The notes under the pieces: model-generated | Told to the model about the DNA's origin: nothing | Database searches by the model: none | What the model saw: only the letters and a program-made list of their open reading frames with translations | In this document: positions 48,848-60,027 of the stretch, one piece after another | Layout: every line of letters starts with the position of its first letter | Numbering within the stretch: position 1 is the first letter of the stretch | Translations under genes and position numbers: made by a program | NCBI GenBank assembly: GCA_054600435.1 | Contig: BAAIJX010000031.1 | Location: 124,001 to 188,000 of the forward strand | DNA: 64,000 nt | Reading direction: 5' to 3' | DNA from: Neophaeotheca triangularis | Taxonomy: Eukaryota

Positions 48848-49407
48848 AAGCAGACTGTTCTTCCTGCCTACTGTCTTCATGGGACGAGACGTTGCGACGA
48901 CGCTCGCTTATTAGTCGGATCACCACACGTGAAAGCAAGAGTTGCATGGTGTCAAGATACTCGACTACCACAGGCTGACACACCTTTACTGGAGCCAAGC
49001 AAAATCTTCCCCTGTCTCTCTTTTCTCCGAGAAATAAAGCAGGGCGAAAGGTAAGTGAGTTGGTAACCTCTTGGCCACGATCCGTCATGCGTTTCGTCCG
49101 ATCGGTGCAAGTTGAAACAGCCGAAGACTCCACAGCGCATCTCAAACATCATAAGGCTGGCCAGCCATTCATATCATCTCCGGACTCAACCCAAGACACG
49201 GCGAAAAGATGAAGCGCGCGGCAGCAATAAGACGATGGCCACTTGGTGAAAACGTAATTTGGCAATTTGCAGTCGAACAAGACTGAATGCTCACAAGTAT
49301 AATACTCTCTTTTCCACTTTGTCTCTCGTTCCTGTACCCATTTCAATCCACTCATTCGTTTCAAGTCGCTCTCTTACTTTCTTTCCTCCAGCTTTCCGCC
49401 ATTCACG

Positions 49408-50370
49408 ATGCAGGTCATCATTACACTCCTTACTGCGGCGGTAGCCACCGTGTCGGCTTGCCCCGGCAATGGTATTCGTACCTTGGACGTAGCCGGGTCC
49501 GACCAGCCATTTGAGATCCATTCCATCGTCAGGAAGAACACCAAGCCAATCACCAAAGCCACCAACCATCTCGAGGTCAAACGCACCACCATCCAGAACG
49601 ACTGCTCTTCGGAACAGCGTAGCGCGCTTGCGGCCGCCAACCAGGAATGCGCAAGACTCGCCAACGGCGCTGCCGAATTCGCATCCTCGGGCGCAGCAGA
49701 CATGTTTGAGCTGTACTTTGGTGACAGCTCCGAAAACACCCGCGACACTGTCTCCAAGAACTTCAACAGGATCGCCGAAGAATGCTCCAACACCCCCGGC
49801 GGCAACTCCGAGACCCATTGCACCGATCCGTACGGCAGCTGCGGTGGCAACTTGCTCGCTTACGCCGTCTGGCGCGACTCGTATGGCGCCAACCACGACA
49901 CTGAGCGCTCAGGCACCATGTACTATTGCCCGCGCTTCTTCAACAACCTGCCTGCGAAGGGACAACGCTGCCACCAGCAGTCGCAGGCATCCAACGCCCT
50001 TCACGAAACATCCCACGCTGTGCTTGGGACTGACGACGTTGTTTACGGATACGCGCAAAGCACCAGACTCTCCACCAGCCAAGCCATCAACAACGCCGAC
50101 TCATACGCTCTCTTTGCCAACGGTAAGGTGCGCTCCTGATTAACGATTTGCCACGTACTAACTTGACTTTCATTAGATATCGACCTTGACTGCGGAACCG
50201 ACGGCGGCTCTCAAGGCCAAGGCTCTCCATTCGGCAGCTCCCCGATTACTTGGGGTTCTGCCCAAAGTGACGGCTCTTCCGGCGACAACGGCGCCTCCGC
50301 TCCCACTACTGGCGGATCTCAGCCAAACTGGGCCGAATTGTTCAGTTCCATGTTCAATAGGAACGGCTAA
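49408..50370 (+). CDS. Deuterolysin (M35 neutral protease 2) family metalloprotease; exons 49408-50122 and 50177-50370
   Basis: Signal peptide, KR processing site, ELYFG, CTDPYGSC, YCPRFF, CHQQSQASNALHETSH, GTDDVVYGY, NNADSYALFAN. Confidence 0.92.
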
Positions 50371-50784
50371 AAAGGACAATGTCGTCTTTGACGTGACGTC
50401 GGCTCCTAAATGTGCTCTCAATCTTACCCACTTCTTACACAAACTTCTCCCGATAGCATTAGGTTGTCTACGAGAAATACTTTTCCAAAGGCAGCTTTAC
50501 AGCGCATTTGTTCTATAGCTCGCGTGATTTACCGCTCGTTGCCTTTACTCTCCTCTCAACCTCCGCCTACGTTCTTAGTAGCGCTGTAGCTCGATGATCA
50601 CTAGACTGTCGTGGATTTACATCTTCCTATGAAGAGATTTCTCCATTATGCTTACATGGTATGGTCGGCTGCTCTCACAGGTACACATACCTTGAGAGAG
50701 TTGTACCTGGCACCCGGTGTCTGTTAATTCGTAGCGTATTTGACGAGAATGCCGCTTGTGATTGCTGGCTTCATTAGATATATC

Positions 50785-52383
50785 TTAAGATGGCTTCCCT
50801 CCTTTCCGCCGCTCTGCAAACAATTTCAGCTGTCTTCCCTGCGCTTCCGCATCCCAGTAAAGGTAATGTATGGGATTTTGAAAAGCCCCGAGCCCATCCT
50901 GGAAGATACTCTCGCCTGTCTCCAGCCCGCTGCAAAGCTCATCCCACTGCTTCCAGTCTGCCTTGTGACGCTTATTCCGGTGACATCTAGCGCCTCCAGC
51001 CCCATCATTTGGCCCCCAATACTCATGAACCAGACCGTTGTCTTCTCGAATCACAGCAAAAGGCATACGAGCCGATTTGGCTTGCGCTGTGGCAATCGTG
51101 CGTAGATGAGGGAAGTTCCAGTTCTGGCGCCAAGCTTCGATGGGGTCTGTGTTTGTGTCGTGCTGTACGGCGACCGGACGAATGCCGGATTCCTTGTGCG
51201 TGATCAAACCCACTTCAGCCCACTCTTTCCAAGGGAGCTGGGTTTCGCCGCTGTAGTCGGGCGTCCAGAAAGGAGGTGTGGATTGGGCAATGTCGGAGGG
51301 GAGCTCGAAGTTCGGGTTGGTGACAACATGCAAGAGGTCTTCCTCCAACACTTCCGCCGGCATGAACAGCTCGCCGCGGTAGTCCAAACCGATACCGAAT
51401 TGACACTTGTCACACTCGAGCTCGATCGTTTGCTCGGGAAGCTTGCCTTGTCGCGGGTCGTCTGCTTTCGAAGGTGAATGCTCGGCCAATTTCATCTCAC
51501 GGTAGTATTCCTGGTCACCATATATTTCGGTGAAGATCTGTTGGTCGCTGGTGTAAGTTGCGTCTTCGCGTTTCATCCTAGATTTGGCGTGTTCGAGTAA
51601 GGATTTGGTCGCCCTGACAGTGCCCATGATGGATCCGGAGTTGAGGTAGCGAGGCTTCGCCGTGGTGTCTGATGAATCCGATGGCGGGACCATGGTGCAT
51701 GCGAGGGAGTCTTGGTCGGAATCGCAATCGTTCTGGGCGGTGAAGATGACTTTTTGGTTGTAAGCCGTGTCGTTGTAGCGGCGTGACGAGCGCTCGTCCA
51801 GTCGCTTAATGAGTGCATGATAGCGCGTGATCAAGACTTCGGGACGTAGCTGGAACCAGGTGTCAGAACCGTCGGGGATCAAGACAAGCTCATTGTCGTA
51901 GCGACCGTCGAGTGTGTGGAGGTAATCCAGAGCTCCTTCGATTTTGAGCAAGTTGTAACCATTGTTCAACTTGGATGAGTCTTCGTAGTTCTTCCGCCAG
52001 TTGACAACGCGCGGGATCGGGTAGTTGAGAGCGCCGGCGGAGAAGAGGGTCCTGCAAAAGCCGTCTGCGCCTGCTGGTATTATCAGGTGGAAAAAGTCTG
52101 CTTTAAAGGGAGTCTCGGCGACGGGTGTTGTCTGCGGCAGAGTTGCGTATGCTGGGCTTTTGGAGAATAGACCAAGGATCAGGCAGACGGTGAAGACGCC
52201 CCCTCCAAGAAACCATAAGAATTGCCGGCGTCGTGATGGCGAATGCAGCATGGGAGGTAGCGGCGGTGGGGATGAGGCGGTCTGTTGCTTCTCTCCATCC
52301 GGTGAGTTTCCGTCTTGATTCACCCTGGAGTATTGCACCCCATCACGCCCGAATGGTGAGCTACGAGTCCACGTGGCAAACAT
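50785..52383 (-). CDS. Type II membrane protein with PLOD-type glycosyltransferase-like domain
   Basis: N-terminal TM; FHLIIPA..FCRTLFSAGALNYPIP; VLIPDGSDTWFQLRPEVLI; VIFTAQNDC; RYLNSGSIMG; SDQQIF; IGLDY. Confidence 0.75.
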   Translation of the reverse strand: MFATWTRSSPFGRDGVQYSRVNQDGNSPDGEKQQTASSPPPLPPMLHSPSRRRQFLWFLGGGVFTVCLILGLFSKSPAYATLPQTTPVAETPFKADFFHLIIPAGADGFCRTLFSAGALNYPIPRVVNWRKNYEDSSKLNNGYNLLKIEGALDYLHTLDGRYDNELVLIPDGSDTWFQLRPEVLITRYHALIKRLDERSSRRYNDTAYNQKVIFTAQNDCDSDQDSLACTMVPPSDSSDTTAKPRYLNSGSIMGTVRATKSLLEHAKSRMKREDATYTSDQQIFTEIYGDQEYYREMKLAEHSPSKADDPRQGKLPEQTIELECDKCQFGIGLDYRGELFMPAEVLEEDLLHVVTNPNFELPSDIAQSTPPFWTPDYSGETQLPWKEWAEVGLITHKESGIRPVAVQHDTNTDPIEAWRQNWNFPHLRTIATAQAKSARMPFAVIREDNGLVHEYWGPNDGAGGARCHRNKRHKADWKQWDELCSGLETGESIFQDGLGAFQNPIHYLYWDAEAQGRQLKLFAERRKGGKPS

Positions 52384-53220
52384 GGCATTCTTTCAGCCCC
52401 GGAATGTGATGCCAAAAGACGAGATGGCAAGAAATGTGCTTCCACTCAGCGTCCTCCTACTCGAGTACCTGCGATTCAACAAGGTCGAATACCTTTGTCA
52501 TCCTCGAATAGCGTCGGAAAGACTTTCAGGACGCTCGCGCCTGGCTCGTTTCAAGAGTCGTATGGTAGACGACAACAACTTGATCGTGCTACCTCCTAGC
52601 AGGTAAGGTAGCCTTGGGAGGATTCGTCACACGGCTCGGTTATCACAACGGGCCAAGCGGTAGGATTGTAACCCTAAGTTCTTGGCTCTGGGGTACAGAG
52701 TCGTGGGTGCAGACGGCGATGATATCGAAATGTAAATGTCGATGGTCTTTAGCAAAAGATAAGATATGTTATCTGCCATCGAATGCTCCTTGAAGCAATT
52801 TTTCCATTCTTGCAGAACGTGGCAGCGCCGCAGTCTGCTGAAACTGGCGGCAAATCGCGCCCGCGGAGGAAGGAGTACGAGTGCCTACTAGTATGTAGTC
52901 AGTAGTTACAGATCGCAATTCACGTGATTCTCATGCCAACTTGGCAGCCGAGCCAGGTTGCTTGCTACTAACCGTTTCAGTACACATCTCATTAATTAAC
53001 TTACACTTGTTGACATCCACTACTACTACCGTATGCATGTATGGATGCGCTTGACCTCCGCTAAATGAGGCGCTTGACGCTCTTCTTTGACTGGCACTTT
53101 CATCTTCAACCTGAGGCGGCGGAAACAATGTCGGCGATTTCTTACCAAGCTGCATCTCCATCTCAGTAAATTTGGCGTCCCCGTGGAGTGCTGTGAGCTG
53201 CGACTGAATGCTGGACCAAC

Positions 53221-54657
53221 ATGCCGCCAGCTACAATCTTCTGGCCTAGAGTCTTCTCCCGGCGAGGACTGCTCATCGGGATTGCTGTCTTTGCCGTCAC
53301 CACTCTGCTCGTCTTGCTCACGCCGCGTTCGTACGCTCATTTGCCACGCCATACCGCACTATTCGAGACTGTCCCGCCGCTACATGTCGCCATTTTTGCT
53401 ACCAGCGGAAATTACCATCTGTGCCAGCTGCACACGTCCGCGGCAGTAATGGGATACCCTGCATTCACACTACTCAACTGGGATGACCACGAGGACGACG
53501 ATGAGCTGAAACAGCACCTTGCAAAGATTGATGGCGCTCTCAGATGGCTCAATGATATTCCGGATGAGCAACAAGATGAGCTCGTCTTCATGGCTGATGG
53601 CTACGATTTGTGGTTTCAACTTCCGCACGAGTACATCATAAAACGTTATTACGATGTTGTGGCAATGTCCGACCGTCGCCACGTCGACCAATTCGGAGAA
53701 GCCTTGGTGAGGAAGCACGACATTCGCAACACCGTCATCTTCGGTCCCGACAAGCAGTGTGCGCCCATGTACGGGGAGAACGCCTTTTGCTGGGCTATAC
53801 CGGACTCGTGGATGGATGCGCATTCCTTCGGCCCCGACACTGATTATGCCGAACCTTACCATACTCGACCAAAATGGCTCAATTCGGGTACGATTGTCGG
53901 GCCTGTACGGGAGCTTCGTCACATCTTTGAGCGCGCTCTCGAAGAAAGCAAGAACAATCACCGGACGGACATGGATCAATACTACTTTGCTTCCATATTT
54001 GGCTTGCAATCGTACGGCCGTCGGCTGAAGAAGCTGGGCCGTGACCGGGAGTTGGGCCTAGATACGGCCGCGGACGAGGAGTTTCTCAGACCCACATCGC
54101 ACGATCCCAAGAAGAAGGAGACGCCCGACGTCAATCAACGATGGGAATGGCACATTGGCTTGGATTGGTCTTCCAACATCTTCCAGACCGCGGGCTTCTA
54201 TGCTGACTACATTACCTGGATTCGCCACAACGACACTTCAGAGTATACTCGACTCGGCTCGCTGTATGGCAACTACCACCACCACTTCGTCGAGCAAGAA
54301 GACCTCGCCGGGACGGGTCCTGGCAATCTGCTCTCGCACCACGATCCGGCGCTTGCAGCGTGGATTACGCTGCCGCTTGCGACCAATACGGCTTCCAGGA
54401 ATACACCAGCCGTGATGCACATCAACGGGAAGAAGGGCTATCGACTCACTTGGTGGCCACGCATGTGGTTCTTCCCATTCCTTGAGCACATTTTGGCCGA
54501 TCTCAAGGGTCGACGCCGTTCGACACTCGATGCCGACCGGAAGGCTTATGAGGGTGCTCGGACTTTCAACAAGAAGGGACCAGGCTGGATTGACTGGGCG
54601 GAAATTTGTGGGAAGTATGAGGATAGGCTGTTAGGGAAGAGTGATGAGCCGGATTGA
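53221..54657 (+). CDS. Type II membrane protein with PLOD-type glycosyltransferase-like domain (paralogue of the preceding gene)
   Basis: N-terminal TM; LVFMADGYDLWFQLP; VIFGPDKQC; KWLNSGTIVG; MDQYYF; IGLDW; VMHING; WWPRMWFFP. Confidence 0.78.
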   Translation: MPPATIFWPRVFSRRGLLIGIAVFAVTTLLVLLTPRSYAHLPRHTALFETVPPLHVAIFATSGNYHLCQLHTSAAVMGYPAFTLLNWDDHEDDDELKQHLAKIDGALRWLNDIPDEQQDELVFMADGYDLWFQLPHEYIIKRYYDVVAMSDRRHVDQFGEALVRKHDIRNTVIFGPDKQCAPMYGENAFCWAIPDSWMDAHSFGPDTDYAEPYHTRPKWLNSGTIVGPVRELRHIFERALEESKNNHRTDMDQYYFASIFGLQSYGRRLKKLGRDRELGLDTAADEEFLRPTSHDPKKKETPDVNQRWEWHIGLDWSSNIFQTAGFYADYITWIRHNDTSEYTRLGSLYGNYHHHFVEQEDLAGTGPGNLLSHHDPALAAWITLPLATNTASRNTPAVMHINGKKGYRLTWWPRMWFFPFLEHILADLKGRRRSTLDADRKAYEGARTFNKKGPGWIDWAEICGKYEDRLLGKSDEPD

Positions 54658-55261
54658 TGCGTAAATGACGAGTAGCTGCAGATAGCTTGTACCTCACACA
54701 AATTTATTGAGATTGAGGTAGTCTTGTCGTGGCATTGTAGTTAGGCGCAAAGGAGGTGGAAATGGGCATGGGACGGGAGTTCAGGCTTTGTCGAGTTCAG
54801 CTCTCACAGGCTGCTAGGAGGCACCCGCGGTAAGTCTGCGTGCGTGGCTTGCCCTTCTCCATGGTTGCGGCTGGCCCGTCGTGTTGTGACGTGAAGTGTG
54901 TAGTTGTGAATCTCGTTCCTTGATTGGTCTAAACTGTGAAGGAGCGAGGCAGGCTTTAGAGGTGAGGATTGGGGTCTTTCATGCAGTGGCTGGTTTGATC
55001 CATTTCAAGAAGCCGTACTTCGACCTAACGAAGCTGACAACACGTACCGCCTAGTGACGCTCGGCTACGTGGACCAGGTTATGGAGCATGAGGACGGCAA
55101 GGCTGACGGGAAATCGTGGTCGGAAGTCTCGAGGGCTCTGACCGGAAGGAACGTGGGCTTCACTGAACGACCAGCCTTGCCAACTCCATAAGTTCCCGTA
55201 GCTACTACCACCTGGCCTGGACCGAGCAGCCTCCTAGTTCACATCCCCGAGTCGTCCCAGT

Positions 55262-56852
55262 CTAACAGGTCGCCTGCAGCAAGACCCTCCGATAGCGCGT
55301 CAACGCCGGAGATCCCTGATCCGTGACCTCGAGCACCAGATGCGACAACTGGCCCAACCCCTGGTCGCAATCCCCCTCCTCCACAGCCGGCAATCCGGCC
55401 TCCACGACCGTGCCCTCGGCGTCTAGTTCGCGAAGCCCCAGGCCCACAACCTCGTGATCGACGTTCCAGTCCGTGGCCTCGGGCTCCTTGTAATGCCACC
55501 AGGTGAAAGCCAAGGCATCGCCATCGGGGTCGTAGGAGGCGCTGGCGTCGAGCGTGAGCTGAGTTCCCGCGACGGCCTCGAAATGTAGGGGTCTCAGATC
55601 GGAGAAACTTGAGCCGTTGATCGATACCACTGGGGGATGGTTCGCTGGAGTGGTAGCGTTGCCGGAGTCCAAACTCCACCTTATGCGCGCGGCGAAGTCA
55701 TTCTGATAAGCGTCCCGCCAGCGCCAGATGGTCGCGTGGTTAGAAGTGTAATTCCTGCCATCAGCGCCCTGGACACGGTCCGCGCGGTCGCTGTAGTGGG
55801 TGGCATTCGGGGCGTGGGGACTGGTGGAGATGAGTCCGTAGCGGCCACCCCAGGAGCCGTAGGTGGGGTTTTCGGGGCTGCCGAGGCCGTTTTGGATCAG
55901 GTAGAGGAAGGTGGGCGTGTCACCTTCGGGGATAAAGGCGTAGTCTGGGTAGGCTCTACCGAGGGGGCCGAGTTAGATGTGCTGGGAGATCCAGTTTGGG
56001 GTCAGTTTGGTGAAGTCTGGGGGGTGTGTTAGCTGAAAATTCATCTTGACTCCTATGATTGCAAGAGGGGCTGGGGTGTTTAGGGTCTGCACTCACCAGG
56101 CCCGCCTTGATCGATGCTGTAGTACTCATCCCCAGCAATGCCCACCCACGCAGCTAAACCATAAGCGTTCCAGCCGTGGATCGAGTTGATGTAAAAAAGG
56201 TCAGGGAAATTATACCGGATCCAAGGCCCCGTATCGTCTTGGTCGGAAATCGTATAGACACGCAGCCGCGATCGGAGCATCTTCGCCTTGTCCTCGCCGT
56301 AGTTGTCCTCGATGTAATATAGACTTGGGCGAGATTGTTGGCGCCGCCCCAGCAGAGGACCCAGAGGGGTTACGTCGACTCCTCGGACTCTACACGCTCG
56401 AGCAGTAGCCGCGCGCCGGGGGAGAGAGGCTGGTCAACAGCTTCCATGCCGTAAGTTTTCGCGCCGGTCCGGACTAAGCCGTGTAGGTACTCGGCGGAAG
56501 GGTAGTGGAAATCGGGGTGAACGTGGGTGTTTAGGTTGTCGACGGCGTCGGCGTAGGCGTCGAGGATTTTGCTCATGTCTTCCGGGTAGGTTTCGTTGCG
56601 CAGCCAGGTACTAGTACTAGCTACGAGGCCTTCGGTCTCGAATTCGTTCGAGTAGAGTAGGTAGCGCACGAGGGATTCGGCATCATCGGGCTCGTTAGAG
56701 ATGTCGGAGAGGATGAAGACGCGGGGTTTACTGGCGAAGGATTAGAAGGCGGAGGAGGAGGAGGAGGAGGGGGAAGAGGGGGTGCTGTTAGGGTGCGAGT
56801 GGCTAAGGTGGACGAGGGAGAATGTTGCGAGGGAGAGTAGGGGGAGATGCAT
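55262..56852 (-). pseudogene. Secreted DUF1593 (Sde182-like, nucleoside-hydrolase-like fold) gene, inactivated
   Basis: Signal peptide MHLPLLSLATFSLVHL; KPRVFILSDISNEPDDAESLVRYLLYSNEF; LWVLCWGGAN; RVYTISDQDDTG; EGDTPTFLYL..NGL..PENPTYGSWGGRY; TLDASASYDPDG; LTRYRRV. In-frame TAA at 56744-56742, 56372-56370 and 55975-55973, a 1-nt frameshift near 56322, and an intron at 56096-56017. Confidence 0.9.
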
Positions 56853-57249
56853 GTTGGAGAAGGAGTGGTGTTGACAATATCAAGGGAGACGTCGAGGAAT
56901 AGATTGGTATAGAATCGCGGTCTTCTACCTTTGATATCTCTTGCCTTCTACATAATCCGGATTATGACGACATCTCGCGCTGTGGATATATCGAATGTCG
57001 CCGGTAGATAGACGTTGTCCGGAAGAAAGGCCTAGGGCGGTAAGTGTAGAGTTATAAAGGAAAAGGTCGTTGAAGTCGGCAAGGTAGTGGAGAGGATGGA
57101 GAAATGACGCCGTAGAGAAAGACGGTACTCTTCCTAAACGAGTAATCTTAGGCACTCGACCTCGTACCGACAATCTCCCGACGACCTCCCGACATGATCT
57201 CGGCAGATAAATCCTACCATTTCGGCGTACAAACATCCGATAAATAGCC

Positions 57250-59255
57250 CTACGACAAAAACCTACGGTGTATTAAAACTGAGTCGACGTCTTGACGTTT
57301 TAATAGAAGGCCCGACGTGTAGGTAACTATTAAAAAAGAAATAAAAAACATTATAAGTTTGTCACTAACTTATAGAAACCCACTACCTATTAAACGTCTA
57401 ATTAATAGAAACATGATAGCTATAAACCTAAAGTGCCTATTAACTACTACTAAGATAAGGGAAAGAATTAACCCTACTACTATATAGTGACACTAGGAGC
57501 CTTATAGCTAAACAAAGTATATAATAGACTAAAGGCTAACTTAGAATAAGGCTTAATGTCTACTTAGTTAAAGTAGTAGTAGCTAATATAGAGGTCCTTA
57601 AAATAATCAAATTTATAGTACTCGTAAATCTCTCTATTATAGTTAGAGATATCTTTAGTAATAGTATAGATAAGTTTAGTATTATGACTATAATACTAAT
57701 TATTATAGGTAAATAACATATATATAGGAGTTTACTATAATACTATAATACTAAGACTACAACTTAGTTAGTATTATAGTATAATAAGGGTAGAATGTAA
57801 TAATAGTAATAATAGTAATAGTCCTTTAATGTAGAAACTATTTAATAGTAGATAGGAGACTTCTCTATTAGCTATCTTATATACTTTTTACTATATAGAT
57901 ACTTAGTATTCCTAAGTTCTCTATAGCTAGACTACTATTATTATATTAGCGCTATAGCTATAACAATTACCTCTCTCTTAAATAGCTTATCTATAAGCTA
58001 TTTCCTATATATATTTGTTATAACTATAGCGCTAGTAGGACATCGGCGGCCTAAGCTATAGAGTAGCTCGGGAGTACTAAGTATATATACTATGAAAGTA
58101 TATAAGATAGCTAATAGTGAAGTCTCCTATCTACTATCGAATAGTTTCTATATTAAAGGACTATTACTATTATTACTATTATTACGCTCTGCCCTTACTA
58201 CGCTATAATCCTAACCGAGTTATAGTCTCGGTCTTATAATTCTATTCGATCTTAGAACCTTCTTAGGTTAAGATTTGCTCGGACATTATAGTACTATCGC
58301 GCTCGCTATACCTATAGGTCGATAACGCTAACCTAGTAGACTCCCCTAATACTATAACTAGAGTTAACACCCTATAAGAATAAGAAGAGGTAGCGATAGA
58401 CTAATATATAGTCCTTACTACTACTATTATAGAGCTCTAATAGTAATTAGTAGAGTATACCGCGCCTATCTAGCGAGCTACTAATAGAGTAATAGTCCCC
58501 TATAACGAGTCTAAAAGAGAATATATCGAACTAGAGGACCTAGTAGACATTACCCCTACCCTAGTAGTATATAAGTAGATAGTAGACGAAGATCTACCTA
58601 CTAGTATAACGATAAAGGAGCGAAAGTCTTATATCGATATTGAGAAAGCTTTTCGCTTAGCTAAACTAGTAGTTTATAGGAGTTACCCTAACCTCCTAAA
58701 AGTATAGACGTTTATCTAGTAATATGAGCGTGTATTTAAAACATACCCTTATATTTACTTTTATTAGTATAAGTATATCTAGTATGCTATAGGCCGCCTA
58801 TATAGCCGCGTTAGCTAGAACTAGGAGAGTAAAGAGTTATAACTTAAACGTAAAGAGATAAAATAGCCTATGTTTAAAGAATAGCTACTAGATTAGATCC
58901 TCGACCCTAAAAACCGCGCTATAAACATAGTATTCCGAGGTTTTAGACATGTCTAGAGAGCGACCTAATCTATTCACGACTACCTCTTATATATTAAAGA
59001 CTCTCTCTACGAGGCTAATGTCGCCCTACTACTAGAGTATATACTCCTAACCCTTATTAAGACAGGTCTATAGGAAAACCTTAAGGCTAAGCTAAATGCC
59101 TAGCTAACGGTACTAGATAACTAGTATAATGTAAGACCGAGACTATAACTCGGTCGGGATTATAGTAGAGCGAGGGTAGAGCGTAATAATAGTAATAATA
59201 GTAATAGTCCTTTAATATAGAAACTATTCGATAGTAGACAGGAGACTTCACCGCC
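57250..59255. mobile_element. RIP-degenerated LTR-retrotransposon nest: about 220-bp LTR-like copies at 57744-57965 (-), 58016-58238 (+) and 59130-59255 (-, partial), with a gag-like remnant at about 58240-59130
   Basis: Abrupt AT-rich block with TpA excess and CpA/TpG depletion, no ORFs, and three related copies of one segment with TG(TTA)...(CTTA)CA-type ends partly mutated to TA. Confidence 0.85.
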
Positions 59256-60027
59256 TAGCACGCACGCGTTTCATAAGATGGGAAGGATACACCGGTGAAG
59301 AGTCCGCACAGCCATAAAGGAAAGCGTACCAATACACCTCATAGCTTGTTGCATATATTGAAAGTGGTAGAGACGCATATAGACAGATGCGTTGAAAGGT
59401 GGTATAGATTGATTGGCCGAGCTCGGTTCCGTAATCTATATTGCATGCAATGAATGCGGCTTGCTGGCAGAGTGCGGGATATGTTCGTGGGCTTGTCCAT
59501 TTGTTCAAACCGTGCCACGGACGGTTTGGACATCGGCCGTAACATTTTATCAGCGCTAATCCTCAAATATGCTTCTCGTCTGCTCGATGATGTTAATTCG
59601 GAAACAGCCACGAGATGCACTTGTACGACCATTCTGCTCGTATTGGTATGGGACTGGGGGGCTTCGTACGGCAATGGGGTAACTGATCAGGTAATCGCCT
59701 CGAGCACCGCAAAGAGTACTCCTCAAGGCACACACATACGTTTGCCCCACTCCAGTGACGCACGTGCCCTACTAAATCAGCGTACTTCACATTAGCACCA
59801 GACCGTGTCCATTGATTCAATTGCCCGGGGCTTGCATAGCATGCGCTAGCTATGGGTCGACGCCAGTCAATCTATACAGGACAGCGTTACGAGGCGGCAT
59901 GCTTGGCTCTTGGTGTGGTAGCCATTTTCTATAACTAGAGAGAAGACCCTCAGATATACACAGCGAACAGCGCTGTTGACGTTCGACTTGACGTTGGCCT
60001 GGACCCTTTCCTCAGAAATAGACGAAG

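Noticed and set aside
55262..56852. Stop-codon readthrough or a variant genetic code explaining the in-frame TAA codons
   Set aside because: Other genes in the window terminate at TAA normally, the gene also has a frameshift, and the RIP context explains the stops.
59339..59870. Short ORFs to the right of the RIPped block
   Set aside because: No family similarity recognised; possibly a decayed fragment, but I cannot support that.
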